DNA of 46,155 nt from Planctomycetota bacterium (GTDB lineage: Bacteria; Planctomycetota; UBA1135; GCA-002686595): the NCBI GenBank assembly GCA_047629095.1, contig JBLHWM010000001.1:1-46155 (forward strand), written 5' to 3'. The notes below the pieces were generated by a model. The model saw only the letters and a program-made list of their open reading frames with translations. It was not told where the DNA came from and did no database searches. This document shows positions 36,033-44,100 of the stretch, piece by piece (the stretch's first letter is position 1; each line of letters begins with the position of its first letter). The translations under genes were made by a program, and so were the position numbers.

Positions 36033-38720
36033 TTAGCGTGCGGCGCCAAGCGCCTCCCACTCCTCGGTGGTCATTAGAATGTCACGGCGGGTTCCGCCGA
36101 GATACGGGCCGATGAGGCCCATGGATTGGAGTTCGTCGAGGATGGCCGTGGCTTCTTGGAAGTCCATGTCGAAGTTGCGCTGCAACATCGAGACCGCCAC
36201 CCGGCCTTGATCTAGGAAGAGTGCGCCACTGCGGAAGATCTTCTCCTCCTGGGAGAGTTCAACCACGGGCTCGTTCGGAGCCTGCTCGGGCTCCGATTCA
36301 GACTTGGCCTCGTCGGGCACAGCAACCGCCTCTTGGGAAGGTAGCACATACGACTCCTCTTCCTCGGCAGCCTCAGCTTCAGCCTTGGCAGCAGCTTGCT
36401 CGGCAGCCTTGGCCTCAGCCTTGGCCTCAGCCTTGGCAGCTTTCGCTTCTGCCTTCGCCTCGGCTTTCGCAGCCTTGGCCTCAGCATCCGCCTTCGCTTT
36501 TAGCTCGGCCTTTTCAGCGGCCTTAGCTTCCGCCTCAGCTTCTGCAGCCTTGGCTTCCGCCTCAGCCTCTGCGGCCTTGGCTTCTTCAGCGGCCTTAGCT
36601 TCCGCCTCAGCCTCTGCAGCCTTGGCTTCTTCTGCGGCCTTGGCTTCCGCCTCAGCCTCTGCGGCCTTAGCTTTTTCAGCGGCCTTAGCTTCCGCCTCAG
36701 CCTCTGCAGCCTTGGCTGCTTCTGCGGCCTTAGCTTCCGCCTCAGCCTCTGCGGCCTTAGCTTTTTCAGCGGCCTTAGCTTCCGCCTCAGCCTCTGCAGC
36801 CTTAGCTTCCTCTTCCGCCTTGACCTTGGCGGCCTTAGCTACAGCTTTCGCCTCGGCAGCCTGTGCTTCTTCAGCTGCCTTGGCCGCGGCCAATGCCGCG
36901 GCTTCCCTTGCGGCCTTAGCTTCGGCTTTTGCCTTAGCTTCAGTCGCAGCTTGATCTTCGGCCTTGGCCTGGGCGGCTGCCTCTTCGGCCTCGATGGCTT
37001 CGAGCTCCCGGAGCAATGCCATGTCCTCTTCGGTCTCCGCTTCCTTAGAAGGGTCTTCGGCGACAGTCGAGGCCTCGGAAGCTTGGTCCATCTCTACGAG
37101 AGACTTCTCTTCTACTTCAAACCGGCTAACGGGCTGAGCGGGCTGAGCGGGCTCATCGGAGTCGAACAGGCCCGGCTGCTCCCATGCGGGCCTGGGAGTC
37201 GAGTTCTCCACTTCGTCAAGATCCCCAAGGATCTCATCGTCGTCCTCGAGGCTTGATTCGATGCCCTCTTCGATTTCCGCGGATGGGGACTCCACTTCGG
37301 CTAGCTCGTCTTCGTCGAGCTCGGCGACTAGGTCGTCCTCGAGCTCGGCTGCTTCTTCCTCTTCGTACTCTTCCTCGTCCGCTTCGTCTTCGTCAAGCTC
37401 TGCGACTAGATCGTCCTCAAGCTCGGCTTCCTCTTCCTCTTCCTCTTCCTCTTCGTACTCTTCTTCGTCCTCGTCGAGTTCGGCGACTAGGTCGTCCTCA
37501 AGCTCGGCTTCCTCTTCCTCTTCCTCTTCGTACTCTTCTTCGTCTTCGTCGAGTTCGGCGACTAGGTCGCCCTCGAGCTCGGCTGCTTCTTCCCCTTCCT
37601 CTTCTTCCTCTTCGTATTCTTCTTCGTCTGCTTCGTCTTCGTCGAGTTCGGCGACTAGGTCGTCCTCAAGCTCGGCTGCCTCTTCGTCCTCGTACTCTTC
37701 TTCGTCCGCTTCGTCTTCGTCGAGTTCGGCGACTAGGTCGTCCTCAAGCACAGCGGCATCTTCGGGCTCCTCGGCTGCGGTCTCCCAGCTAGGGGCGCTG
37801 GGGATGGACGCCTCGAGCACAGTCACGCTTGCGTCACCCGAATCGAGGGGCCTTACTTCGTCTTCGTCGGTGCGAGTCCAGACTCCGTCGGCGAGCTTAC
37901 CCGTGACGGCACGGGCTTTCGGGGTGCCAGCGGAATCCGCGGGCTTGGTGTCAGCCAGATTTGAGCCAAGCGGCTTGGGCTGGGTTGCGCCTTCGGTAGA
38001 CCCTTTTTGGTCTGCCGTAGATGAACGGTCACTTTTGGATTCGGCTGGGGCATGATTCTCTTGGGTGGGCGCGCCGAGGGGGCGAACCCCATCGGGTAGT
38101 TCGCCTCGTGCGCGCTGCTCGTGAACGGTGACTCCCGGCGCAGCGGCGATCGGAGCGGGCAGTTCGGGGAAGAGTGCCTCGGCTTCCGCCTCGGACACTC
38201 CATCAGTCTCTACCTCACTCAATGCGGCAGCAACGGAACTCGACTCCACCACTTTTGACCTTTTTTGAGGCATGGGAGCTCCAATCGAGAGCCATGCCCC
38301 AAGAAATACGACTCCAAATGCCAGCAAAGCGTTCATGATGCCGCCGCCGATGCCGCCAAGGGCACCGGGGAGGAAGCCGCCGAGTGCGCCACCGGCCGCA
38401 ACGCTAAACACGCCGACCAAGAGGCTCAGGGCGAGTCCACCGCCGGCAATCATCGCTAGGGGCATGGAGAGCTTCAAGGCACCCGGGCGCAGGAACATGA
38501 TCCCGCCCAGCACAGTGCAGCCCGCCGACAGACCGAAGGCCGCGATGTGCCCAAGTCCAAGGATCAATGCACCGATCGCCGCCGTGGAAAGGTTGCCGGC
38601 ATCACCGGAGTCCGAGTACATGGACATGCCCGCGGACACCGCGCAGAATGCGCCGCCCAGGAAAAAAGCCATGGACAGGAGTTCGTAGCCAATGTGCTTA
38701 CTGTTCTTCGAATTACTCAT
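36033..38720 (-). CDS. FtsK-like membrane protein lacking the motor: polytopic N-terminus, long repeat-rich linker, FtsK-gamma-like C-terminal winged helix
   Basis: ATG at 38720 overlaps the ftsK stop (ATGAGTAA). The N-terminal roughly 150 aa form 4-5 Gly/Ala-rich TM helices. The C-terminal segment RVAVSMLQRNFDMDFQEATAILDELQSMGLIGPYLGGTRRDIL aligns with the gamma domain of the neighbouring FtsK. I found no Walker A or B motif anywhere in the protein. Confidence 0.8.
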   Translation of the reverse strand: MSNSKNSKHIGYELLSMAFFLGGAFCAVSAGMSMYSDSGDAGNLSTAAIGALILGLGHIAAFGLSAGCTVLGGIMFLRPGALKLSMPLAMIAGGGLALSLLVGVFSVAAGGALGGFLPGALGGIGGGIMNALLAFGVVFLGAWLSIGAPMPQKRSKVVESSSVAAALSEVETDGVSEAEAEALFPELPAPIAAAPGVTVHEQRARGELPDGVRPLGAPTQENHAPAESKSDRSSTADQKGSTEGATQPKPLGSNLADTKPADSAGTPKARAVTGKLADGVWTRTDEDEVRPLDSGDASVTVLEASIPSAPSWETAAEEPEDAAVLEDDLVAELDEDEADEEEYEDEEAAELEDDLVAELDEDEADEEEYEEEEEEGEEAAELEGDLVAELDEDEEEYEEEEEEEAELEDDLVAELDEDEEEYEEEEEEEEEAELEDDLVAELDEDEADEEEYEEEEAAELEDDLVAELDEDELAEVESPSAEIEEGIESSLEDDDEILGDLDEVENSTPRPAWEQPGLFDSDEPAQPAQPVSRFEVEEKSLVEMDQASEASTVAEDPSKEAETEEDMALLRELEAIEAEEAAAQAKAEDQAATEAKAKAEAKAAREAAALAAAKAAEEAQAAEAKAVAKAAKVKAEEEAKAAEAEAEAKAAEKAKAAEAEAEAKAAEAAKAAEAEAEAKAAEKAKAAEAEAEAKAAEEAKAAEAEAEAKAAEEAKAAEAEAEAKAAEAEAEAKAAEKAELKAKADAEAKAAKAEAKAEAKAAKAEAKAEAKAAEQAAAKAEAEAAEEEESYVLPSQEAVAVPDEAKSESEPEQAPNEPVVELSQEEKIFRSGALFLDQGRVAVSMLQRNFDMDFQEATAILDELQSMGLIGPYLGGTRRDILMTTEEWEALGAAR
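36515..36815 (-). repeat. In-frame tandem repeat, about 45-nt (15-codon) unit encoding AEAEAEAKAAE(K/E/A)AKA, about 6-7 copies
   Basis: The unit GGCCTTAGCTTCCGCCTCAGCCTCTGCAGCCTTGGCTTCTTCTGC recurs with small variations. It sits within a larger Ala/Glu/Lys-rich tract at about 36355-37000. Confidence 0.85.
37295..37760 (-). repeat. In-frame tandem repeat, six variable-length units (about 75-93 nt) encoding (E/A)ELEDDLVAELDEDE(ADE)EEYEEEE...
   Basis: The core GCGACTAG(G/A)TCGTCCTC recurs near 37325, 37403, 37484, 37559, 37651 and 37730. Unit length differs through the number of Glu codons. Confidence 0.85.
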
Positions 38721-41289
38721 CTGTTTCACCTGCGGTTACGCCTTGCATTTCATCCCAGTCCTCGACGGTCAAAAAGACCTCCCGAGCCTTGCTTCCTTTG
38801 TGGGGCCCGACGATGCCGGACTCCTCCATCATCTCAAGCAGCCTGGTCCCGCGGGTATAGCCCACGCCCAGGGAGCGCTGGAGTAGGCTCGCGGAGCCAC
38901 GCTTGGCCTTCACGATGACGCGCACTGCCTCATCCCAAAGTTCGTCGCGCTCGGCGGGATCCTGGTCACCGGGCTTGCCGGCTTTCGGGGTACCCGTTGC
39001 ACTCTGCACGAGCTCTTGATTGAAGTTCTGCGCCGAGTCCTTCGTGACAAAGTCGACAATGGCCTGGAGCTCGTCATCCTCGGCCCAAGCACCCTGGACG
39101 CGAATCAACGCCGACGAAGCCGGCGGAGCGTAGAGCATGTCGCCGCCACCGAGCAGCTTCTCTGCGCCACCCTCGTCGAGGATCACCCGGCTGTCGACTT
39201 TACTTGCGACCTGGAACGCGATCCGGGTCGGCAGGTTGCCCTTCAGCACGCCGGTGATCACATCCGTCGAGGGACGCTGGGTCGCCACGATCACGTGGAT
39301 GCCAACGGCTCGTGACTTTTGGGCCAGACGCGTGATCGCCATCTCGGCCTCTTTCTTGGAGACCATCATCAGGTCGGCGAGCTCGTCGATCACAATCACG
39401 ATGTAAGGCACCGCGCGTGGCGTACGCTCTTCGCTGAAGTTCTCGCCGAGCTTCTCGCGCAGCTTCTCCTCGCCGAGCTTGTTGTAGCCCTTGATGTTCT
39501 TCACACCCGCGTCCTTGAACAGCTCGTAGCGGCCGTCCATCTTCTCGCAGGCCCACAGCAGCACATTCGTCGCCTGGCGCGCATCGGTCACCACGGGAAG
39601 CATCATGTGCGGCACGCTGGTGAACATCTGCAGCTCGACCATCTTGGGGTCGATCAGCACCCACTGCACCTCGTGGGGAGAGCGCGTCAGCAGCATCGAT
39701 GCAAGGATCGTGTTGATGCAGACGGACTTGCCCGAACCCGTGGTTCCGGCGATCAGCAGGTGTGGCATCTTGGCCAGGTCGCCGATAATCGGCTCGCCCT
39801 CGGCGTCCATGCCCAGGAAGAGCGGCAGGGCGTACTTCTTCATGTCGTACGCCTCTTGGCGCACGAGCTCGCGCAGGGTCACGATGGCGCGGGTCTTGTT
39901 CGGAATCTCGATGCCAATGGTCGAGCGGCCCGGGATCGGCGCGATGATGCGAACGCTCTTTGCGAGCAGGGCTCCCGCGATCTCCTGGGACAGCTGGGTG
40001 ACCTTGTTCATGCGCGTACCCTGGGCTACTTCGAGTTCGAAGAGCGTGATCGCAGGACCAACTCGGGCGCCAACGACGTGGGCTTCGACGCGGAAAGAGG
40101 CAAGCGCGTTCTCAAGCTTAGTTGCGGCCTCTTCGAGCTCCTTCTCGTTAGCGTTCGAGACGCCAACGCCTTTCTTCAGTAAGGAGAGAGGGGGCAGCTT
40201 CCAGGGACCGGCGGGTGGAGTGACAGGCTCGAGGGGCAGGGACGGCTGCGTGCTCGTCTTGACCACGGGCTTCTTGCGGGGCTTCGGAGTGACGACAACC
40301 TCTTCGGGCTCGTCCTCTTCTTCCTCGTATTCCCACTCCTCATCCTCATCGTCCTCTTCCTCCTCGTCTTCCTCTTCCTCGACTTCCTCGTATTCCCACT
40401 CCTCGTCCTCTCCTAGCTCTTCGTCCTCATCCTCTTCCTCGTCATCCACTTCAACGACAGGCTTCTTCGCCGCTTTCTTGGCTGGCTTCTTCTTAGCGGG
40501 TTTCTTAGCGCCGTCCTTGATGTCGGTGCCGCGGATGAAGCGCCAGAGCCCAGCGAAGAGTCCGACGGTCCACTCGGAAACCGCAGCGACAAAGCCCTTG
40601 CCTCGCTTCTCGCTCTGCTCCGCAAACCAGTCGCGCATGGAGCCAAGGGCCGGGAAGAAGGCCATCTCCGTGGCGAGCATGAACGAGACCAGGGAGACCA
40701 GGCCCATGATCATCCACATGCCCGGGCCACCGAGCTTGGTCACCAGGAATTCGACGGTCGAAGAGGCGAAGTAGCCGCCCGGCCCATAGGGCGTGGTGCT
40801 TGAGACGCCGTAGCTCTCGCCAAAGGCAAGTTGGAAGAGGTAGGCGCTTGAGACCAAGAAGCACAAACCGCCGAAGACACGCAACACGGGGACGCTGAGC
40901 TCCTTTTGAGTCACGATCACGAAACCCCAAGCGCACATGAGGAAGCCAATCATGTAGCCCGCCCACCCGAAGAGGATGAACACATAATCAGCGAGATAGA
41001 AGCCGGTCTGGCCACCCCAGTTGTGACCCTCGGCTAGAGCATCGTCGATGGGCTTGTAGAAGGTCGCCATGGAGACCACGAGCCACGCCGCGAATCCCAA
41101 CATGAGCAGGCCCTTGATCTCTTGAAGATGCTCGCCGACCTCTGGCTCAGCGGCCTTCTTCTTGGAGGCTTTCTTCTTAGCCTTCTTCTTGGACTTCGAA
41201 GCGCCGCCACCGAATAGGCCCATAAGCCAGTCGTTGGTTTGCTCGAGGAGGCTAGACCCCTTCTTCTTTTTTGCCTTTCGCTTCGCCAA
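38713..41289 (-). CDS. ftsK: DNA translocase FtsK
   Basis: Lys-rich N-terminus, 4TM region, acidic linker, motor with Walker A GTTGSGKSV and VIVIDELADLM, C-terminal gamma domain GSASLLQRSLGVGYTRGTRLLEMMEESGIVGP. TTG start at 41289. Confidence 0.93.
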   Translation of the reverse strand: MAKRKAKKKKGSSLLEQTNDWLMGLFGGGASKSKKKAKKKASKKKAAEPEVGEHLQEIKGLLMLGFAAWLVVSMATFYKPIDDALAEGHNWGGQTGFYLADYVFILFGWAGYMIGFLMCAWGFVIVTQKELSVPVLRVFGGLCFLVSSAYLFQLAFGESYGVSSTTPYGPGGYFASSTVEFLVTKLGGPGMWMIMGLVSLVSFMLATEMAFFPALGSMRDWFAEQSEKRGKGFVAAVSEWTVGLFAGLWRFIRGTDIKDGAKKPAKKKPAKKAAKKPVVEVDDEEEDEDEELGEDEEWEYEEVEEEEDEEEEDDEDEEWEYEEEEDEPEEVVVTPKPRKKPVVKTSTQPSLPLEPVTPPAGPWKLPPLSLLKKGVGVSNANEKELEEAATKLENALASFRVEAHVVGARVGPAITLFELEVAQGTRMNKVTQLSQEIAGALLAKSVRIIAPIPGRSTIGIEIPNKTRAIVTLRELVRQEAYDMKKYALPLFLGMDAEGEPIIGDLAKMPHLLIAGTTGSGKSVCINTILASMLLTRSPHEVQWVLIDPKMVELQMFTSVPHMMLPVVTDARQATNVLLWACEKMDGRYELFKDAGVKNIKGYNKLGEEKLREKLGENFSEERTPRAVPYIVIVIDELADLMMVSKKEAEMAITRLAQKSRAVGIHVIVATQRPSTDVITGVLKGNLPTRIAFQVASKVDSRVILDEGGAEKLLGGGDMLYAPPASSALIRVQGAWAEDDELQAIVDFVTKDSAQNFNQELVQSATGTPKAGKPGDQDPAERDELWDEAVRVIVKAKRGSASLLQRSLGVGYTRGTRLLEMMEESGIVGPHKGSKAREVFLTVEDWDEMQGVTAGETDE

Positions 41290-41301
41290 GTGTGGTGCCT
41301 G

Positions 41302-42012
41302 CTACTCCGCCTGAGCGGAGCTAGAGTGATGGAGTTGGACTAGGGCGCGAGCAACGTCGCGCTTGGTCTTGTTCTTGATGTCGACTCGGCTGCCATCCTT
41401 GCCCAGGATGGTGACCGTGGTCCGATTCGACCCGAGGGCCGTCTCGTTGTTGAGCACGATGTAGTCCGCGCTCTTCCTAATTAACTTTGCCAGAGCACGC
41501 TTCAGCCCCGAGCCGGTCTCGAGGGCAAAGCCCACCACCAGCCGGCGACCCTTGCGGCGTCCGACACCTGCCAGAATATCGGGGTTCTTGACCAACTCCA
41601 AGGATGCAACTTCGTCCCCGCCATCCTTTGCTCGCCACTTCCCAGAAAGTCTGCGTTTAGGGCGCCAATCGCCTACCGCCGCGGCCATAAACAGGGCGTC
41701 GGCGCCCTTCTTGCCAAAGCTGCCCTTGGCCCGAGATTCCGATCCAAGGAACGCAGTTTTGACCGCAGCCAGCATGTCGCGGGCGCTCTCGACGTCGACG
41801 CGGGTCACCCCCGGCGGAGTTTCCAGGGTCACGGGACCAGCGATCAGGATCACCTGGTCCCCGCGCTCAGCGGCGGCCCGGGCAATCTCAAAACCCATCT
41901 TGCCGCTGGAGTCGTTCGAGAGGTAGCGCACCGGATCGATGCGCTCCCGGGTTGGGCCCGCGGTGATGACGACACGGCGCGGAGCCGATTGTTTTGTCTT
42001 AGCGGCGCGCAC
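41302..42012 (-). CDS. coaB: Phosphopantothenate--cysteine ligase (CoaB domain), a separate reading frame from CoaC
   Basis: VVITAGPTRERIDPVRYLSNDSSGKMGFEIA motif. A candidate GTG start at 42012 lies 14 nt after the coaC stop. The longer ORF up to 42153 overlaps coaC out of frame. Confidence 0.7.
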   Translation of the reverse strand: MRAAKTKQSAPRRVVITAGPTRERIDPVRYLSNDSSGKMGFEIARAAAERGDQVILIAGPVTLETPPGVTRVDVESARDMLAAVKTAFLGSESRAKGSFGKKGADALFMAAAVGDWRPKRRLSGKWRAKDGGDEVASLELVKNPDILAGVGRRKGRRLVVGFALETGSGLKRALAKLIRKSADYIVLNNETALGSNRTTVTILGKDGSRVDIKNKTKRDVARALVQLHHSSSAQAE

Positions 42013-42025
42013 TTGCCCCGCGGGA

Positions 42026-42568
42026 CTAGGCACGAAGCAGGTCCCCAAGGCGCGCGAGCACCTCAGCCGTCTCGAGGAAGCGGCCCGGTCCCTCATCGCC
42101 GCAAGCGACCTCGCCCACGTCCGGCTGCTCCACGCGCCAACCGTCGCTCGCAAGGGTCGCCAAGTTCCGCTGGACCGCGGGCTGGCCGAACATGTGCGGG
42201 TTCATCGCCGGGATCAGAACCCGGGGAACATCGGCGGGGATCGCGAGGGTGAGCGTCGTCAAGAGGTTCGGCGCGAGGCCGCACGCGAGTTGGCCAATCA
42301 GGTCGGCCGTGGCGGGCGCAATCAGCAAGAGCTCCGTGCGGCGCGCGAGGTCGATGTGATCCATGGCGCTATTGCGCCCGGGACCGTATTCGTGAACGTG
42401 GGCGGGCTGGCCCGTCAGGGCTTCTAGCAGCTGGGGCGAGATCAGCTCGGCGGCGTGTGGAGTCAAAACGGCGGTGACCTCGTGGCCTGCGCCGCGCAGC
42501 TTACTCGCGAGGTCAGCGGCCTTAGCCACGGCGGCGGATGCGCTAATTCCAAGTAGGATACGTGTCAT
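42026..42568 (-). CDS. coaC: Phosphopantothenoylcysteine decarboxylase (CoaC flavoprotein domain)
   Basis: RILLGISASAAVAKAADL...LIAPATADLIGQLACGLA...PAMNPHMF...ACGDEGPGR. It ends at a TAG just where fused CoaBC proteins continue into the ligase domain. Confidence 0.85.
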   Translation of the reverse strand: MTRILLGISASAAVAKAADLASKLRGAGHEVTAVLTPHAAELISPQLLEALTGQPAHVHEYGPGRNSAMDHIDLARRTELLLIAPATADLIGQLACGLAPNLLTTLTLAIPADVPRVLIPAMNPHMFGQPAVQRNLATLASDGWRVEQPDVGEVACGDEGPGRFLETAEVLARLGDLLRA

Positions 42569-43161
42569 CGGGCTTCTCCTTGGGTACAGCCATTGCCGAG
42601 CCCGACAAGGCCTTGCAGCTCGACGAAGGCGCGGTCGAGGTCGTCGTTCACAATCGTCGCGTCGTAGCGGTGGGCTTCGAGCATCTCGTCGGCGGCCTTC
42701 TTCAAGCGCCGCTCGATCACGGCCTGGCTATCCGTGGCGCGCCCCTCGAGACGCTTCCGCAGAACATTGGCCGATGGTGGCGAGATGAACACGTAGAGCC
42801 CTTCCACCTCGAGTGTCTTGAGCTGCAGTGCGCCCTGGACATCGATCTCAATGAGGAAGATCTTGCCCGCGGCAACCGCGCGATCGAGGGGTGCACGCAG
42901 AGTCCCGTAGAGGTTGCCGTGAACTTCAGCCCACTCGACGAAGTCACCGGCTTCCACGCGCTCGCGAAAGTGATCCGCGTCGAGGAAGTGATACTCGCGC
43001 CCGTCGACTTCGCCGTCGCGTATCGGACGCGTGGTGGCCGAGATCGAAAACTCGACGCGGTCGTCCTCCATTAGACGCTTGCAGAGGGTGCTCTTCCCGC
43101 AACCTGACGGCCCCGAGATCACCAGCATGCGACCCTGGGAACTGCTGCCAAGGGCACTCAT
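42565..43161 (-). CDS. gmk: Guanylate kinase
   Basis: ISGPSGCGKSTL P-loop, TTRPIRDGEVDGREYHF. ATGA overlaps at both ends (yicC stop and coaC start). Confidence 0.93.
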   Translation of the reverse strand: MSALGSSSQGRMLVISGPSGCGKSTLCKRLMEDDRVEFSISATTRPIRDGEVDGREYHFLDADHFRERVEAGDFVEWAEVHGNLYGTLRAPLDRAVAAGKIFLIEIDVQGALQLKTLEVEGLYVFISPPSANVLRKRLEGRATDSQAVIERRLKKAADEMLEAHRYDATIVNDDLDRAFVELQGLVGLGNGCTQGEAR

Positions 43162-44069
43162 TCGACGTTTTGAACCTGTTCGCGCAGGCGCTCGGTGTAA
43201 TTCTTCATGTCCACAACCAGGTGCGCGACCTCGGCGTCGTTGCACTTGGAACCGATCGTGTTTACCTCGCGCAAGAACTCCTGGATCAGGAAATCGAGCT
43301 TGCGGCCGACGGCACCGGCGGCGGCGTTATTCGTGGCCTCGTCCAGTAGGTGGGCGAGTTGGTCTAGGTGGCTGCGCAGGCGCGAGGTCTCTTCGCTCAC
43401 ATCCAGCTTATCGCCGATCAGGGCGATCTCCCGGGCCAGGTCGCCGGAGTCCACGAGGGCCTCCTTGTGGCCGGTCCCGGCGATCAGAGCATTGACGCGC
43501 TTCTGCAACATCTCGCCGTGCTCGCGCACGACTTCAGGCATGCGACCTTCGACCTGTACGAGGCGCGCTTCGAGCGCGGTGGCATTCATGCGTAGGTCGG
43601 CCGCCATGGCGACGCCCTCGCGCTCGCGCATGGTGATCAAGTCCGCCAGCGCTGCGACCACGCACTCGTCGCTGAGGGACTTCGCCTGGTCGCGCCACTC
43701 GTCACCGGACTCGCTGCCGATGACACCGGGTAGGGAGAGAATGCGGTCGAGGCTCACACCCTGATCCGCCTTGCCGAGCTCGATCGCAAGTTGATCGAGT
43801 TGGGAGGCGTAGTGGCGCACGAGGTCCGTGTGGATCGAGGCTGCGGCCAGGGCACCGCCGCGCTCGAGGCGTAGGAACACCGTCACGGAGCCCCGCTCGA
43901 GCTTGTCCTTAACCACCTTCTCCAAGGCGATCTCGTGGGCGCTCAGCTCGGCTGGGCCCTTGACCCGCACGGACAGGTGCCGGTGGTTCACCGAGCGCAC
44001 CTCGCAGGAGAGGCTCAGGCCATCGCGTTCGAGGGTCGCAGAGCCGAAGCCCGTCATGGATCGCAGCAT
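43158..44069 (-). CDS. yicC: YicC-family stress-induced protein
   Basis: MLRSMTGFG start and the C-terminal segment GRKLDFLIQEFLREVNTIGSK typical of YicC/DUF1732. Confidence 0.9.
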   Translation of the reverse strand: MLRSMTGFGSATLERDGLSLSCEVRSVNHRHLSVRVKGPAELSAHEIALEKVVKDKLERGSVTVFLRLERGGALAAASIHTDLVRHYASQLDQLAIELGKADQGVSLDRILSLPGVIGSESGDEWRDQAKSLSDECVVAALADLITMREREGVAMAADLRMNATALEARLVQVEGRMPEVVREHGEMLQKRVNALIAGTGHKEALVDSGDLAREIALIGDKLDVSEETSRLRSHLDQLAHLLDEATNNAAAGAVGRKLDFLIQEFLREVNTIGSKCNDAEVAHLVVDMKNYTERLREQVQNVE

Positions 44070-44100
44070 CTGAGCTCTTCCTAAAGTTGGTGCGTGGCGC

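Noticed and set aside
36515-36815. A possible CRISPR array, suggested by regularly spaced repeats
   Set aside because: The units are contiguous (about 45 nt) with no unique spacers, they lie in frame inside a CDS, and no cas genes are present.
36304-38055. Plus-strand ORFs encoding poly-Ala/Ser (36304-36954) and poly-Ser (37261-38055)
   Set aside because: They are the mirror image of the Ala/Glu/Lys and poly-Glu coding repeats on the minus strand. That minus-strand ORF has membrane and gamma-domain ends and is translationally coupled to ftsK.
42013-42153. N-terminal extension of the coaB ORF (MRATVGAWSS...)
   Set aside because: It overlaps the well-conserved C-terminus of coaC in another frame and has no CoaB-like sequence.
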